DNA from: Reclinomonas americana ATCC 50394
Taxonomy: Eukaryota
Reading direction: 5' to 3'
NCBI GenBank assembly: GCA_048213135.1
Contig: PS015105.1
Coordinates: 1 to 52,496, forward strand
DNA length: 52,496 bases
In this document: one piece after another, positions 24,201 through 37,654 of the stretch
How positions within the stretch are numbered: position 1 is the stretch's first letter
Layout: every line of letters starts with the position of its first letter
Translations under genes and position numbers: made by a program
Notes under the pieces: model-generated
Seen by the model: the letters and a program-made list of their open reading frames with translations, nothing else
Told to the model about the DNA's origin: nothing
The model's database searches: none

Positions 24201-24218
24201 CACTCCAGAAACGCTCAT
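18260..24218 (-). CDS. Kinesin-14 (C-terminal motor; Kar3/Ncd/KIFC1-like), multi-exon; exons 18260-20771 secure, first exon 24129-24218 inferred
   Basis: Neck [84 protein letters not shown] at 18260. Upstream coiled coil; putative start [12 protein letters not shown] at 24218. Confidence 0.92.
21446..22012 (+). CDS. Coiled-coil exon on an isolated contig, probably an inverted piece of the kinesin-14 stalk
   Basis: cacag|[49 protein letters not shown]|gtttgt; phase 0 at both ends; gaps on both sides; lies between the phase-0 kinesin exons. Confidence 0.7.
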
Positions 24219-24964
24219 GCCCTGTGTGCAACACAAAACGTGAGACAACAGACTCTCTTCTTGTGTGTGACGACTTCTTTCTTTCTTTACGCACTGTCTG
24301 TGTGCTCTCGTTCACGATTAACTTGTGCGTGGTAACGTAGAAAAAAACGACTTTTTTCTGTTGTGAGTGTGTGTGTGGTGAAAGTGAGTGGGCATCTCGG
24401 ACATCACCCTGGCCGTCCTTTCTCTCTCTTGCAGTGCGTATCTGCCTCTATCTGTGTGTGCGAGTGTGTGCTAGTGGGTGTGGCATGCACGCAACTCGGT
24501 GGACGTGAAGGGTGTGTGTTGTTTTTTGTGGACAACTGTCCTTGTGTGTGTCATGACTCATCGCTCCGATTGTGATTCCATTCTCTCTGTGTTGCAGCGT
24601 GTGTGCGTGTTTGGTTGCAACTGTGTTGCAAGGCGAGGGCGTGTGAGTTGGCGTCGTTCGCTCATGCGCCATGTTCATCGTTGTGGTGCCTTGGTAACTC
24701 ATGTGCATGTGNNNNNNNNNNNNNNNNNNNNNNNNNNNNNNNNNNNNNNNNNNNNNNNNNNNNNNNNNNNNNNNNNNNNNNNNNNNNNNNNNNNNNNNNN
24801 NNNNNNNNNNNNNNNNNNNNNNNNNNNNNNNNNNNNNNNNNNNNNNNNNNNNNNNNNNNNNNNNNNNNNNNNNNNNNNNNNNNNNNNNNNNNNNNNNNNN
24901 NNNNNNNNNNNNNNNNNNNNNNNNNNNNNNNNNNNNNNNNNNNNNNNNNNNNNNNNNNNNNACA

Positions 24965-25036
24965 GCTCGTATGGTCTAACGGTTATGACATAGGACTCTG
25001 AATCCTGTAGCCGTGGTTCGACTCCACGTACGAGCT
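24965..25036 (+). tRNA. tRNA-Gln (anticodon CTG), intronless
   Basis: Acceptor stem GCTCGTA/TACGAGC, D arm GTC..GAC, anticodon arm TAGGA-CTCTGAA-TCCTG, T arm CGTGG-TTCGACT-CCACG; followed by oligo-T (Pol III terminator). Confidence 0.95.
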
Positions 25037-26002
25037 CTTATTTTTTTTATTTTTTTCTTCGCCTGCGCAGTGGTCGCTCATGGCTCCCAGTGCACTCACT
25101 ACTGAGCATGAGGAATGTTGCGTGGCATGACGGTGCTGTGGTCGAAAGTGAAATATACGGAAATGTCGATATCGATATTGGTAAAATCGACTGCCCAGCA
25201 CCTCTATGCCATCCACCAAGCAGCTGCAGTCTTATTCCTCAAGTCCAACTGCACCTGCATCCGACACTGGCACTGTTTACAAGAGCGCCACTGAGGGACG
25301 TCGCGACAACAACAATTCATTCACCAACAAACAAGCGACAGCTGTCTTGATGACCAAGTTCAGCCGTATCCAAAACATCAACACAGACACCAACTTTGAG
25401 GCATGCGCAGCAGCAGGTTCCTTGTGTGTGTGTCCGCTCTCGGAGCTCCGAACAAGTCAGAACTGTGATCTTCACCGAGAATCATGGGAAGGCGCTCTCC
25501 CACGCATACACCTAGGCCTCTGTACTCCACAAATCACGACCTGCACAAACGACTACGCAAGCACAGTTCAACCACGTGCACGCTGATGACAAGATGGTGA
25601 TCATCATGCAGCTGCGCATGCGTTGCTGTTTGGATTAGTAAAGTTGTTGTGTTGTTACGCTGCGGTTCTCGACGTCGGCATGCGCATGCAGTTGTTCGAA
25701 TTCGAAGGTTTGAGAGTGAATACACATACACACAGGAAAACCTACCGCTGTCCCCAAGAGGTGTTTGTGTAATCTCTTGCAGAAACGCCAGCATGTATAT
25801 ATGCCATCTCGACTTTTCCCCGGCCCGCTTTTTTCCGTGAAGTCTGAGGTCCTTGTGGAGCTCACTCAAGATGGTGATCATCATGCAGCTGTGTTACTGT
25901 TTGGATTAGTAAAGTTGTTGTTGTTGTTTGTTTTGCAAGCTGCTTGCATTGCATTGCATTGTTGACGAATCCGACAACTCCTTGTCCTGCTTCTCTTTTC
26001 CC

Positions 26003-29000
26003 ATGTTGCTGCTGCGACTTCCTCGCCGCCTCGCGGTTCCCCCAGTGCCCACGCACCTCAGAATATCACCACAATCTCCTCCTCACTCTCATTCCTCTCA
26101 CAAACAGCAGCAACAACAGAGACGACTGGTCTCCTCTGCGTCCTCCTCGGCCTCAGTCGCGCAACTGCGCGTCGGAGTGCTCTCCATGCAGAGCAAGTTC
26201 ACCATGCCGCCGGCGCCTAGTGTAAAGGTAAGGGAGAGAGAAGGAGACATGTGTAGAGATCAAGGAGAAATGAGTGGAGAGAGGGAGTGTGAGACNNNNN
26301 NNNNNNNNNNNNNNNTCTCTCCCTCATTCGTGAGAGCTTGCAGTTGTCTCTATTCTTCTCTCAGAGTCACTGAGTGCCTCTTCGGAGAGTGGGGTTGGAT
26401 GCTGTTGTCTCTTAGCCTCTCTCACTTGCTCACTGAGAACGAGCGAGAACGGAGAGCTGCGTACAGCTCGTCGTCTTCGTATTCATTGTCTCTCTCCTTG
26501 TTTCGCTCTCTCATAGTCACTGTGTGCCTCTTCGGAGAGTGGCTTTGCATGCTGTTGACTCATAGCCGGTCAGTCGCTCTCTTACTTGCTCACTGAGAAC
26601 GAATGAGAGCGGAGAGCGTCAAACAGAGAGTTGTCTTGTCGTCTCCATGTATTCATCGTCTCTCTTCTTCTCTCAGAGTCACTCTGTGTCTCTTCGGAGA
26701 GTGGGTTTGGATGCTGTTGCCTCTCAGTCGTTCAGTTCTCTCGCTTGTTCACTGAGAACGACAGAGAGTTGTCTCGTCATCTCCATATGTTCATAGTCTC
26801 TCTCCTTCTCTCAGAGGCACTCTGTGTCTCTTCGGAGAGTGGGTTTGGATGCAGTTTCCGCCTGCTCTAGTCGTTCAGTGACTCTCACTTGTTCACTTGG
26901 AACGACAGAGAGTTGGCTCGTCGTCTCCATTGATTCATTGTTTCTCTTCTTCTCTCAGGGGCACTGTGTGTCTCTTCGGAGAGTGGGTTTGGGTGTTGTT
27001 GTTTCTTGTCTTCAGTGTCTCTCTCACTTGCTCACTGAACGGAGAGCGTCATACAACGAGTTGTCTCCTCATCTCTATATTTTCATAGTCTCTCCTCTTC
27101 TCTCAGAGTCACTGTGTGTCCTTCGGAGAGTGGGTTTAGATGCCTTCTCCACCGCACTCGATACGTCGTGAGTGATTGCATGTTCTTCTTGTCGTCTCAC
27201 GTCTCCCTCGGTCCCTCGCGCTCATTGAGGAGAACGATCGAGAAGCCGAGTCGTCCGCTGCTCAGAACGAGAGAGAATGAGAATGAGGAATGAGAAATAG
27301 AGTTGTCTTGTTGTCTCTCTTGTTTGCTCGTCTCTGTTTCCTCTCGCTCATTGGGAGCGTCAGACAAAAGGCACTTGTTTGTTCCGTTCGCTGTGAACGA
27401 GATTGCCGGAGTTGCCTCCTCGTCTCAGTTTCCTATTCTTGAGTCTCTCGCGCGGGAGAAGCAACAGGCCAAGTGCATGCTTGTAGCTCTCTCTCTCTCT
27501 CTCTCACTCTCTCTCAACCTCTCTCCCCTTGTCTCACCCCCAGGTATTCACCAACGTCGACACCCTTGTCGAGTTCACCACCACGCTGGAAGACTGCGGC
27601 GCGTGGTTGTACACCTCGGCGCGTGTGGAGCACACGTACACGTCGGTGAATCGGGCGCCGGATCATCAGAAGCTGACGGTGACTGTCGACTGGCCGCAGG
27701 CGAGGGCGAGCTGGTTTGATCGATTGTTTGGCAGGCTGGTGAGGGGGGAGGAGGGAATGGAAGAGAAGCGTGTGAGCCCTGTACGTGGATGTGTTTGCCC
27801 GTTATGCTGTTGATCTCCTGTTCCGTGTATTGCGTGTCTTTCCTCTCACTCTCTCTCTTTGCGTTTTCTCTCTTTCTCTCATTCGTCCTTTATGTGTGCG
27901 CTGGCTGCCTTTCCTCCCACTGTCTCGCTGTTCGTCTCTTTCTCCCCCTCGTTCCCGTTTCTCTCTCTCGCTCTCATTCATTCTTGATGAGACAATCGGG
28001 CGCCTGTCCTCCCAAGTCATTCTTTGCGTCTCTTTCCCTCTCATTCCCGTTTCTCTCTCTCTCTCTCTCATTCTTCGGTTTGTGTTCATTGCGTGTCGTT
28101 CCTCATCTGTCTCCATGCATCTCACCTCCCATTTCGTTCTCTTTCTTTTTCGTTCTCCTTCCTCCCTGTCGTTCTCCCTCCCTGTCGTTCTCCTACCTCC
28201 CTGTCGTTCTCCTTCCCCATCTCGTTATCGTACCTTCCTACCTCCCTATCTTTCTCTCTCTCTCTCTCTCTTGTTCTCTCTCTCCTTCGTTCTCCTACAT
28301 CCCTCTCGTTCTCCGACCTCCCTCTCGTTCTCCCTCTCGTTCTCCCTCTCTCTTGTTCTCCTACCTCCCTCTCTCCCCTCTCCCCCCTCTCTCTCTATGT
28401 GTTCGCCTTCATTCGCGCTTTCTCTCTTCTTAATCTCTCATCACAGTTCGGCCAAACCTACCCCTCCGCATCGCTGTGCCTGCGCATCCCCGAGAGCGCC
28501 GATCTCGACGTGCACTCCTCCAACGGCGATCTGTTTCTCACGGGCGCCTTTCGTGGTGGTCCGTCTCTCCGCCAGTCTCCTCTTGCCGATGCTGCCTCCT
28601 CACCCTTGCGTGTCGCAGGCAATCTCAATATAAGAGCGCACGACGGCAGTGTCAACTGCGATCAACTGTGCGGTGTGTCGCACAATGCCAATGTCGAGGA
28701 GGGCGTCTTGTCGATTGGCCTGCTCGACGGCGCGCAGAATCAGGTTTGTCAGCATGAAATGCATACTCGGCGAGGCAGCTGGCAGAGAGAGAATGAGAAA
28801 GAGAGACGATGGGACGGAGAGAGAGAGGCAGAGAGAGAGGGACAGGGGGGAGAAGGATGCAGGGATTCAGGGAGACAGGGAGAATGAGAGACGAAGGGAG
28901 GGAAAGTGGGAGAAAGGAAGAGAGGGAGAGAGAGAGACAGAATAGGCAGGAAAAGGAAAGAGAAACCTGATGACTAGAGACAGCGAGGGTCGCGCGGACA

Positions 29001-30198
29001 GAAGCAAATGCACGCGCACGAGATGAGAACCAACATTGGAAGCCACGTGCTCTCACGAGAAAATGCACTCCAACAGTGATACTCACAGCACAGAGAAGAG
29101 GTAAATTGGAGAGAGTGAGAGAGAAATCGTGAGGGACAAGAACTAGAATTGCTTGTTGCAGAAGGAGTTGCTTTCGTTGTTGTCATCTCACATCTCCCTG
29201 CTCGATAGCTTTCGAGTGACGAGCGCAACATCGAGATTGGTCGCATCGAGGGCGGCAACACCATTCTGCGCTCCGACGAAGGCAGCATCTTCTTCGAGCT
29301 CACGGAGAACGGCAACGTCGATGCCAAGACCGAGGAGGGGCATGTGGAGGTGCGTGCGGGGGAGGAGAGGGGTGTTTGTAAAAGGGCATTTTTGACGTCT
29401 CCTTTCCCCACCCTCACGTGCATCACTCCCACTGTCACCTCAAACCTTCCCGGGTTGCTGTTGCCGTTTCTTGTTTTTACCCTCCTGCGTTCTCTTTCTT
29501 TCCCTTGTCACCAGAGGTGAAGGTAGATCGTGGCGATCTCATTGTACAAGCGTGTCGTCGAAGAGTGCGTTCTCAGGCGCCTTGACCACCTGTGAGCACG
29601 CGAAAATCACTGAGTCTCTTCTTCTGTCTCCTTCAATGTGTTTTCTGGCTTTCCTCTTCTTACATGTGCTTTGAAAATAACTGTTGACAGACAAGAGCAT
29701 GTAGTGTAGCAGTGTATTCATTACTCGCTTGCATGACTATTGCACTTGCACCCTCTGACCCTTGTTCGCACCGTTGCACTGCGACATGCTTGCAGGCGTT
29801 TAGCTCTCGCTCTTTGTTTCGCAGTGTTGCGCATTCATGGCAAGCAACGTGGCACGCAGAGCGTGGCCGATTCTACAGTGCTTGCAGTCCGACGAGCTTG
29901 CAAGCACCTCTCTCTCTCTCTCTCTATTTGTCGCAGTACATTCTTTGCTGAGCACTCGGAGAGTATGGCAGGCTTCGCATGAAAATTGATGCACCTCGAC
30001 GTCTCTAGTGCTTCCTATCTCTCTATGCNNNNNNNNNNNNNNNNNNNNNNNNNNNNNNNNNNNNNNNNNNNNNNNNNNNNNNNNNNNNNNNNNNNNNNNN
30101 NNNNNNNNNNNNNNNNNNNNNNNNNNNNNNNNNNNNNNNNNNNNCCCTAGAATGCAAGCCCAACATAGAAACGAATAGATGTGTGTGTGTTTGTGTGT

Positions 30199-30240
<42 letters not shown>

Positions 30241-30959
30241 GAGAGAGGTACTTGCGAGGTACTTGCACGCTCGACGAACGCAAAGGTTTAACAATGTATA
30301 TGCAGTGGAGTGAGACTGCGTCGTGCTATGCTCGTCGAGAGCACTCCAACGGATGCGCTACANNNNNNNNNNNNNNNNNNNNCACCTTGAACTTTTTTCT
30401 TTTTCGATTTATTTGCAGAAGTCTGTCTTCGCTTCCTGTCAGTTTGTCTCTCTTTTTCTCTGTAGCGCATCCGTTGCAGGACCCTCGACGAGCATAGCAC
30501 GACAGACTCTGCAGTCTCGCTCCACTGCACGCACATTGTTAATGCTTTGCTTTCATCGAGCTCATTCCCCTCCTCCCTTCTTCCCCCCCTCCAAGGCCAA
30601 CCTCGTCAACAACCGCTTCGGCACAATCCGCCTCGAGTCCGTCGAGCGCGACGTCCTCCTGCTCACCAACCCCCTCTGCCGCGCCAATCTGCACGTGCTG
30701 GGCCCGCTGAGCACCCTCAAGTATCCAAGAAAACGCATCTCGTTTGATGACGATTGTTGCGTTCCGTGCTTCCATGTGCCGTGCATTTCTTCCCCACTCC
30801 TCTAACGATTCTCCGCCCGCAGTGCACACTGAGGGCGAGGCAGCAGAGGCGCACAGCCACAAGAAGCCGCACCTGGGTCGCATGAATGGCGGCGACGCGA
30901 GTGGCAAGCGTGAAATCACGCTGAAAGCCCGCACCATGATTATTCGCATGGGCGGCTGA
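26003..30959 (+). CDS. DUF4097/FAM185A-like beta-strand-repeat protein with a putative mitochondrial presequence, ~7 exons
   Basis: Exons from 26003, 27544, 28447, 28619, 29209, 30596 and 30823 splice in frame. Repeats LRIPESADLDVHSSNGDL, LNIRAHDGSV, ILRSDEGSI, VDAKTEEGHV; C-terminal GRMNGG..EITLKA. First exon is Arg/Ser/Leu-rich with no acidic residues. Confidence 0.65.
26360..27150. repeat. Intronic degenerate minisatellite (~140-160 bp unit, ~6 copies)
   Basis: cttcggagagtgg recurs near 26380, 26530, 26693, 26830, 26974 and 27121, with shared ctcactgagaac and ctctcagagtcact blocks. Confidence 0.85.
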
Positions 30960-31093
30960 GGCGTGGCGACAGGCGAGTGTTTGTACAAAAGGACGAGCGG
31001 TAGCACCGAATGAATGAAGTGTGTTTTCTTTAGGGCACGCCTCTCGTCATCTCATTTTTCATTCACCGCGAGACACACAGCGCGCGCGACAAC

Positions 31094-34000
31094 TCATGTG
31101 TACCGACTCAGATCTGCGCTGCGCATGGCGTCCATGGAAGTGCGGTTGACATTAGAGGGCTGGAACGGATGCAACGTGGCGTCCTTCTTCAAAAACTCCC
31201 AGGCCAACTCGTAGAACGCAGAGGCGATGGCATCCTGTTGGGGGGAGGAAGAAGTGATGAGAAGGGAGGAGGAGAGGGGGAGGGAGAGGGCAAGGGGAAG
31301 GGAAAGAGGGAAAGAGGGGAGAGGGGGAGGGGAGGGAGAGGGAGAGGGAGAGGGAGAGGGNNNNNNNNNNNNNNNNNNNNNNNNNNNNNNNNNNNNNNNN
31401 NNNNNNNNNNNNNNNNNNNNNNNNNNNNNNNNNNNNNNNNNNNNNNNNNNNNNNNNNNNNNNNNNNNNNNNNNNNNNNNNNNNNNNNNNNNNNNNNNNNN
31501 NNNNNNNNNNNNNNNNNNNNNNNNNNNNNNNNNNNNNNNNNNNNNNNNNNNNNNNNNNNNNNNNNNNNNNNNNNNNNNNNNNNNNNNNNNNNNNCAACTG
31601 CAAGGGAGGAGAGAAAACACTCGAATTATCTCTCCTCCTTCATCTGCTGTCTTTGTCGCCACATTTCCCGTTCATCAACCGACAATAATGCATGGACGAG
31701 CGCTCACTCGCGAGCGAGAGGCCTCAATGAGACAACATAATCTCAACAAACTCTTTCTTCCGTTCTCCACAAACAACGAAGAGCGAAAGCACACACTCGC
31801 TCATTTCGAGAAAGAAGATTCACACAGACAACAGTGATCTCGTCAGGTGTCTCAATTCCCTCTTTCCCCGGCCCACAACAGAGGAATGTAAGAGCACACC
31901 CACTCGCAATGTGAAGATGCAAGAACAACTCAAGCAGCTCTTTTCTCTCTCTTTTCTTCTCACGAACAATCAATAATGACTCACTCGCTCGTACAACAAA
32001 CTCACACAACTCAACCAACTGTCCCGAGTTCGACCCTCCATGCTATCAACCCAAACAAGCTCTCACTCACAAACCTGACCAACTCTCTTTCCCTTTCTCC
32101 CTTCCCCTTGCAACCCCCTTCCCTTCACCGCACCTCCATTCCCGTCTGCACCCCCGCCGACACCCCCGTCGCCCTCTGCGCATCGTCGAGTCTCCGTTGC
32201 CAGTTATCCCGCTCCGCCGCATACTCGCGCTCTCGCCTCTCCATCGCGCTCTCGGTCTGCGCCATCAGCTCGTTGAACCGCCGATCGGCCGCCTCGCAGT
32301 GGCTGTTGGCCAACTGCACGGCGCCCTCGAGCTGGCCCACCGTTTTCCGCAGCTTGTTGATCTGCGCGTCCTTTTCCGCCAGCTGCTGCTCCATGGCCGT
32401 GGCCGCCTCCGCCAAGCGGCGCTCCATCTCCGCCGTCGCAAGCGCCACTTGCTGTCGCGCCTCCTCCAGCACTTGCGGGCTTGGGGCACTGGCGGCAGTG
32501 GGGGACGGTGTTGCGGCTGCGGCTGCTGTTGCTGCTGCCGTGGCGGCGGCCGCGGTGGCCGTCTTCAGACGCTGCTCCAGATCGGCCTGTGAGGAAAAGA
32601 GAGGAAGAGTGTGAGTTATTGACACAGAAGCTCAGTGTCTGTGACGACAAACCTGCGTGGCGGCGGCATTGGTCAGTGCGGCGCGGAACTGCTGCTCCAA
32701 CTCGCTCTTCTCCTTTTGCACGCGGTCCAGTCGCATCTTGGTCTCCTTCAGCTCGAATGACGCGTCGCGGCTCTCCATCTGGTCGGCCAGTCCGCTGCCC
32801 GCGTCGTCGCCCACCGAGGCGTGGCTCATGCGCGAGCGCTCGTCCTCCAGGCGCGACACTTCGACTTCCAGCCGGCGGACCTTGGCGTCGAGGCTCTCCC
32901 TGAATGGAGGGGAAAGGGAGGGAGGGAAAGGGAAAGGGGAGGGGGAAAGGGAAGGGGAGGTGAGGGGGAAGGGCAGGGGAGAAACATACATGAGAGGGAG
33001 CGAATTGAACTATGACGCAAGCACGAAATAGGGATGGAGAGAGAGAGTAACACGCGCGAAGGAAATGAGAGGAATGTGAAGACGATGGGAAAGAGGAAGT
33101 GGCAATGGCCCTCCCTGTGAATGGAGACAGAAACNNNNNNNNNNNNNNNNNNNNNNNNNNNNNNNNNNNNNNNNNNNNNNNNNNNNNNNNNNNNNNNNNN
33201 NNNNNNNNNNNNNNNNNNNNNNNNNNNNNNNNNNNNNNNNNNNNNNNNNNNNNNNNNNNNNNNNNNNNNNNNNNNNNNNNNNNNNNNNNNNNNNNNNNNN
33301 NNNNNNNNNNNNNNNNNNNNNNNNNNNNNNNNNNNNNNNNNNNNNNNNNNNNNNNNNNNNNNNNNNNNNNNNNNNNNNNNNNNNNNNNNNNNNNNNNNNN
33401 NNNNNNNNNNNNNNNNNNNNNNNNNNNNNNNNNNNNNNNNNNNNNNNNNNNNNNNNNNNNNNNNNNNNNNNNNNNNNNNNNNNNNNNNNNNNNNNNNNNN
33501 NNNNNNNNNNNNNNNNNNNNNNNNNNNNNNNNNNNNNNNNNNNNNNNNNNNNNNNNNNNNNNNNNNNNNNNNNNNNNNNNNNNNNNNNNNNNNNNNNNNN
33601 NNNNNNNNNNNNNNNNNNNNNNNNNNNNNNNNNNNNNNNNNNNNNNNNNNNNNNNNNNNNNNNNNNNNNNNNNNNNNNNNNNNNNNNNNNNNNNNNNNNN
33701 NNNNNNNNNNNNNNNNNNNNNNNNNNNNNNNNNNNNNNNNNNNNNNNNNNNNNNNNNNNNNNNNNNNNNNNNNNNNNNNNNNNNNNNNNNNNNNNNNNNN
33801 NNNNNNNNNNNNNNNNNNNNNNNNNNNNNNNNGCGTCTCCGCCAACTCAGTCTGCAGGGCCGATGAACCCGAGCCCGCAGCGTCTGGTGACGCCGGGGTC
33901 GCCGTGGTCATCTTGTCGAGCGTCTGTGCCAGGCGGCGCGTCAAATCGTCGCGGTCTTGTTGCAGGGATTCCTGTCGACCAAATAAAGTCAGTTCTACAA

Positions 34001-34785
34001 ACAGAGACTCCTTTGCCTGCCTCCGCACGCACATAGTCCTTTTGCATGCGATTGTTCTTCAGCGTCAACTCGGTGACCTTGACTTGCAGGTCGGCCACCT
34101 CCCGTCGCAGATCCGAGCCCATGCCCATCTCCGCCTCGAGGTCGTACTTCAGCGAGCTCACGCGATGCACCACGGGCGTCTCTGACACGCGGCCACCACC
34201 GCCACCTGGCGCTCCACCAGCGGCGGCACCGCCACTGGAGTGGTGATCGTCGTGTGGCGTGCCGCCCGAGGAGGAGGCGGTGCCGTCGCGCGGTGGACTC
34301 GCGGCGCCCATGTCGGGCATGGACAGGCCAAACTGGCTCATGGTCTCGAAAATCATGTGCATCAGCTGCTCCTGCGTGTGGCCGTCGAGGTTGCGCACGA
34401 TGCGGTCGACGAGGACCTCGCGGTTTTCGCAGGTGGAGAGGGTGCCGATCATGTAGCGGCAGAATTTGAAGATTTCGGCGGTGTTGCCGGAGACCATGGA
34501 TTCGGCGTCGATGTCACTGGAGGGGTAAGAAAGGGGAAGGGGGTTAGGGGAAGGTAATGGGGGAAGGCAAGGGGGAAAGGAGGGAAAGAGGGAAAGAGGG
34601 AAAGAGGGAAAGAGGGAAAGAGGGAAAGAGGGAAAGGGGGAAGGGGGAAGGGGGAAGGGGAAGGGGGAAGGCACAGAGAGAGGAGAGAGATTGCGTGTGT
34701 GGGAGTGATGGTTGTGCAAGATTAGAAAGAGTTCACACAAAAACTGCTTGATGATGCGCTCAGGCGCTGTCATGGGCGTGTGTGC

Positions 34786-34829
<44 letters not shown>

Positions 34830-37594
34830 GAGTGTAAGCGTGCTGATAATGCAAAGAAATGAGACTTCACACAAGAACAGATTGATGCTGCGCTCAAGCG
34901 CTGTCATGGGCGTGTGTGCGAGGAAAAGAGAGAGAGAAGAGAGACTGCTGTGTGAGCGCGCTGGTAATGCAGAGTGAGACTTCACACAATAGCTGATTGA
35001 CGTCGTTCTCAGACGATTCATCCGTGTGTGCGAGTGATAGAGAGAGAGAGAGGAGAGACTGCTGTGTGAGCGCGCTGGTAATGCAGAGAATGTGAGACTT
35101 CCCACAATAGCTGATTGACGTCGTTCTCAGACGTTCATCAGTGCGTGTCTGTGTGTGCGAGTGATAGAGAGGCAGATACTGCGAGGGCACCAGCGACATA
35201 TGAACCAGCAGACGACGAAGGATGTGCGAAGACATGAAGGAACAGATGGGATGCGCGGGTGTGTGAGTGGGCGTGCTACTTCTGCCTCGATTGCTGGGAG
35301 TCTCACGTGAAAAGCATTGACTGAAGTCTCGTCTGCGTTCTGTCTCAATCGCTCGCGTCACACTTGATGAGAATATCTCGTGAAACCAGAGGCAACTCTC
35401 TTCCATCACGTGAGAGAGCTGTGAATCAACCAACCTTGGGGCCGAGGCCGCATGCAACACCTCCGTGTAGTACTGTCCCAGCTTGCGCACCAGCGCGCCC
35501 ACATTTCGCTTCCGCACCACCTTGTTGTCGGTCTTGTCGCGCACGACGTCGTCGAGGGCGAACACGGAGGAGGAGCTGGAAGGGAAGAGAGTGAGTGAGT
35601 GGGACGAGGAAAGGGAGGATGCGAGACAGATGAAGAAGAGATATAGTGCAAGAGAACACAAGAGAGAGAGAGAGAGAGCGCGCGATAAACAGCGAAGCAG
35701 AAGACAAGGAACGCAGCGAGCGCGCAAGAGCTGGCACGAGCGAGAGAGTGAGACTGAGGCAGAGGAGAGTTCCCAGCGACCGAGAGAGAAGAAAGGAGCA
35801 GAGAGCGTCCGCACTCTTGAGAGACAGCTGGCGGAGACGAGACACAAGAGAGACTGACACAAAGCGAGACAGAGAGAACAACGAGAAGACGCAGAGAGAG
35901 AGAGAACGAGACAATGGGAAGAGAACAGAGTGATCGGTGACTGAGAGAACGCGATGTGAGATGGGCTGAGACAGAGGAGACAGAGGAGAGGAACAGCGGG
36001 ACGATGAGAGAAAACGAGACGAAAGAAGAGAACAGAGTGACACAGTGACTGAGACGAGACGAAAGCAGGAGAGCAAAACAACAAGAATAGTTTGAGACAA
36101 CGAGACAAGGAGAAGAGAACAGAGTGACACATTGACAGAGAGAACGAGACACAAGAGAGGCAGAAGCATAGGCAACAGAGGAGAGGAACAGCGAGGCGAT
36201 AAGAGAGAACGAGACAGGAGAAGAGAACAAAGTGACACAGTGGCTGAGAGACGGGAGAGTAAACAACGAGAGACAACGTGAGAACGAGAGAGAGAACAGA
36301 GTGACACATTGCCAGAGAACGAGACACAAGAGAGGCTCATGCACATGTAAGNNNNNNNNNNNNNNNNNNNNGCGTCTCCGCCAACTCGGTCTGCAGGGCC
36401 GATGAACCCGAGCCCGCAGCGTCTGGTGACGCCGGGGTCGCCGTGGTCATCTTGTCGAGCGTCTGCGCCAGGCGGCGCGTCAAATCGTCGCGGTCTTGTT
36501 GCAGGGATTCCTGTCGACCAAATTAAAGTGAGTTCTACAAACAGAGACTCCTTTGCCTGCCTCCGCACGCACATAGTCCTTTTGCATGCGATTGTTCTTC
36601 AGCGTCAACTCGGTGACCTTGACTTGCAGGTCGGCCACCTCCCGTCGCAGATCCGAGCCCATGCCCATCTCCGCCTCCAGGTCGTACTTCAGCGAGCTCA
36701 CGCGATGCACCACGGGCGTCTCTGACACGCGGCCACCACCGCCACCGGGTGCTCCACCAGCGGCGGCACCGCCACTGGAGTGGTGATCGTCATGTGGCGT
36801 GCCGCCCGAGGAGGAGGCGGTGCCGTCGCGCGGTGGACTCGCGGCGCCCATGTCGGGCATCGACAGGCCAAACTGGCTCATGGTCTCGAATATCATGTGC
36901 ATCAGCTGCTCCTGCGTGTGGCCGTCGAGGTTGCGCACGATGCGGTCGACGAGGACCTCGCGGTTTTCGCAGGTGGAGAGGGTGCCGATCATGTAGCGGC
37001 AGAATTTGAAGATTTCGGCGGTGTTGCCGGAGACCATGGATTCGGCGTCGATGTCACTGGAGGGGCAAGAAAGGGGAAGGGGTTAGGGGAAGGTAATGGG
37101 GGAAGGCAAAGGGGAAAGGGGAAGGGAGAGGGAGAGGAAGGGAAGGTGGATGGTAGGGAGAAGGCACAGAGAGAGGAGAGAGATTGCGTGGGTGGGAGTG
37201 ATGGTTGTGCAGGATTAGAAAGAGTTCGCACAAGAACGGAGAGAGCACGGAAGGGAGAAGAAACGAATGGCGGGCGGAGGCGAGAATAGAATAGCAGAGA
37301 TTTGGGTGAGAATAGGTGTTGCTCTCAGACGCTGTCATGGGCGTGTGTGTGCGAGGGAAAGAGAGAGAGACTGCGTGTGTGAGCGTGCTGATAATGCAGA
37401 GAATGTGAGACTTCACACAATAACTGCTTGATGTTGCGCTCAGGCGCTGTCATGGGTGTGTATGCGAGTGAAAGAGAGAGAGAGAGAGAGAGAGAGACTG
37501 CTGTGTGAGCGCGCTGGTAATGCAGAGATGTGCGACTTCACACAATACTGATTGACGTCGTTCTCAGACGTTTCATCCGCGTATGTGCGATGGA

Positions 37595-37654
<60 letters not shown>

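Noticed and set aside
24965-25036. Possible suppressor tRNA or stop-codon reassignment
   Set aside because: The anticodon is CTG (Gln CAG). TAA, TAG and TGA all end conserved genes here, and no in-frame stops occur in conserved exons.
26360-27150. Regularly spaced repeats resembling a CRISPR array (also 7880-8640)
   Set aside because: Eukaryotic intron; the spacers are themselves homologous and low-complexity, repeats are degenerate, and there are no cas genes.
30288-30542. ~75-80 bp inverted repeat (30288-30362 vs 30461-30542) resembling a MITE or hairpin
   Set aside because: The left arm is on a small contig bounded by gaps whose reverse complement also matches direct repeats near 29891, so it is most likely a misoriented piece of an intronic tandem repeat.
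30721-30822. Possible U12-type intron (gtatcc.. donor, ctcctctaac branch-like site)
   Set aside because: The donor is GTATCCAA, not GTATCCTT, and its phase is incompatible with the downstream exon; the donor at 30756 restores the frame.
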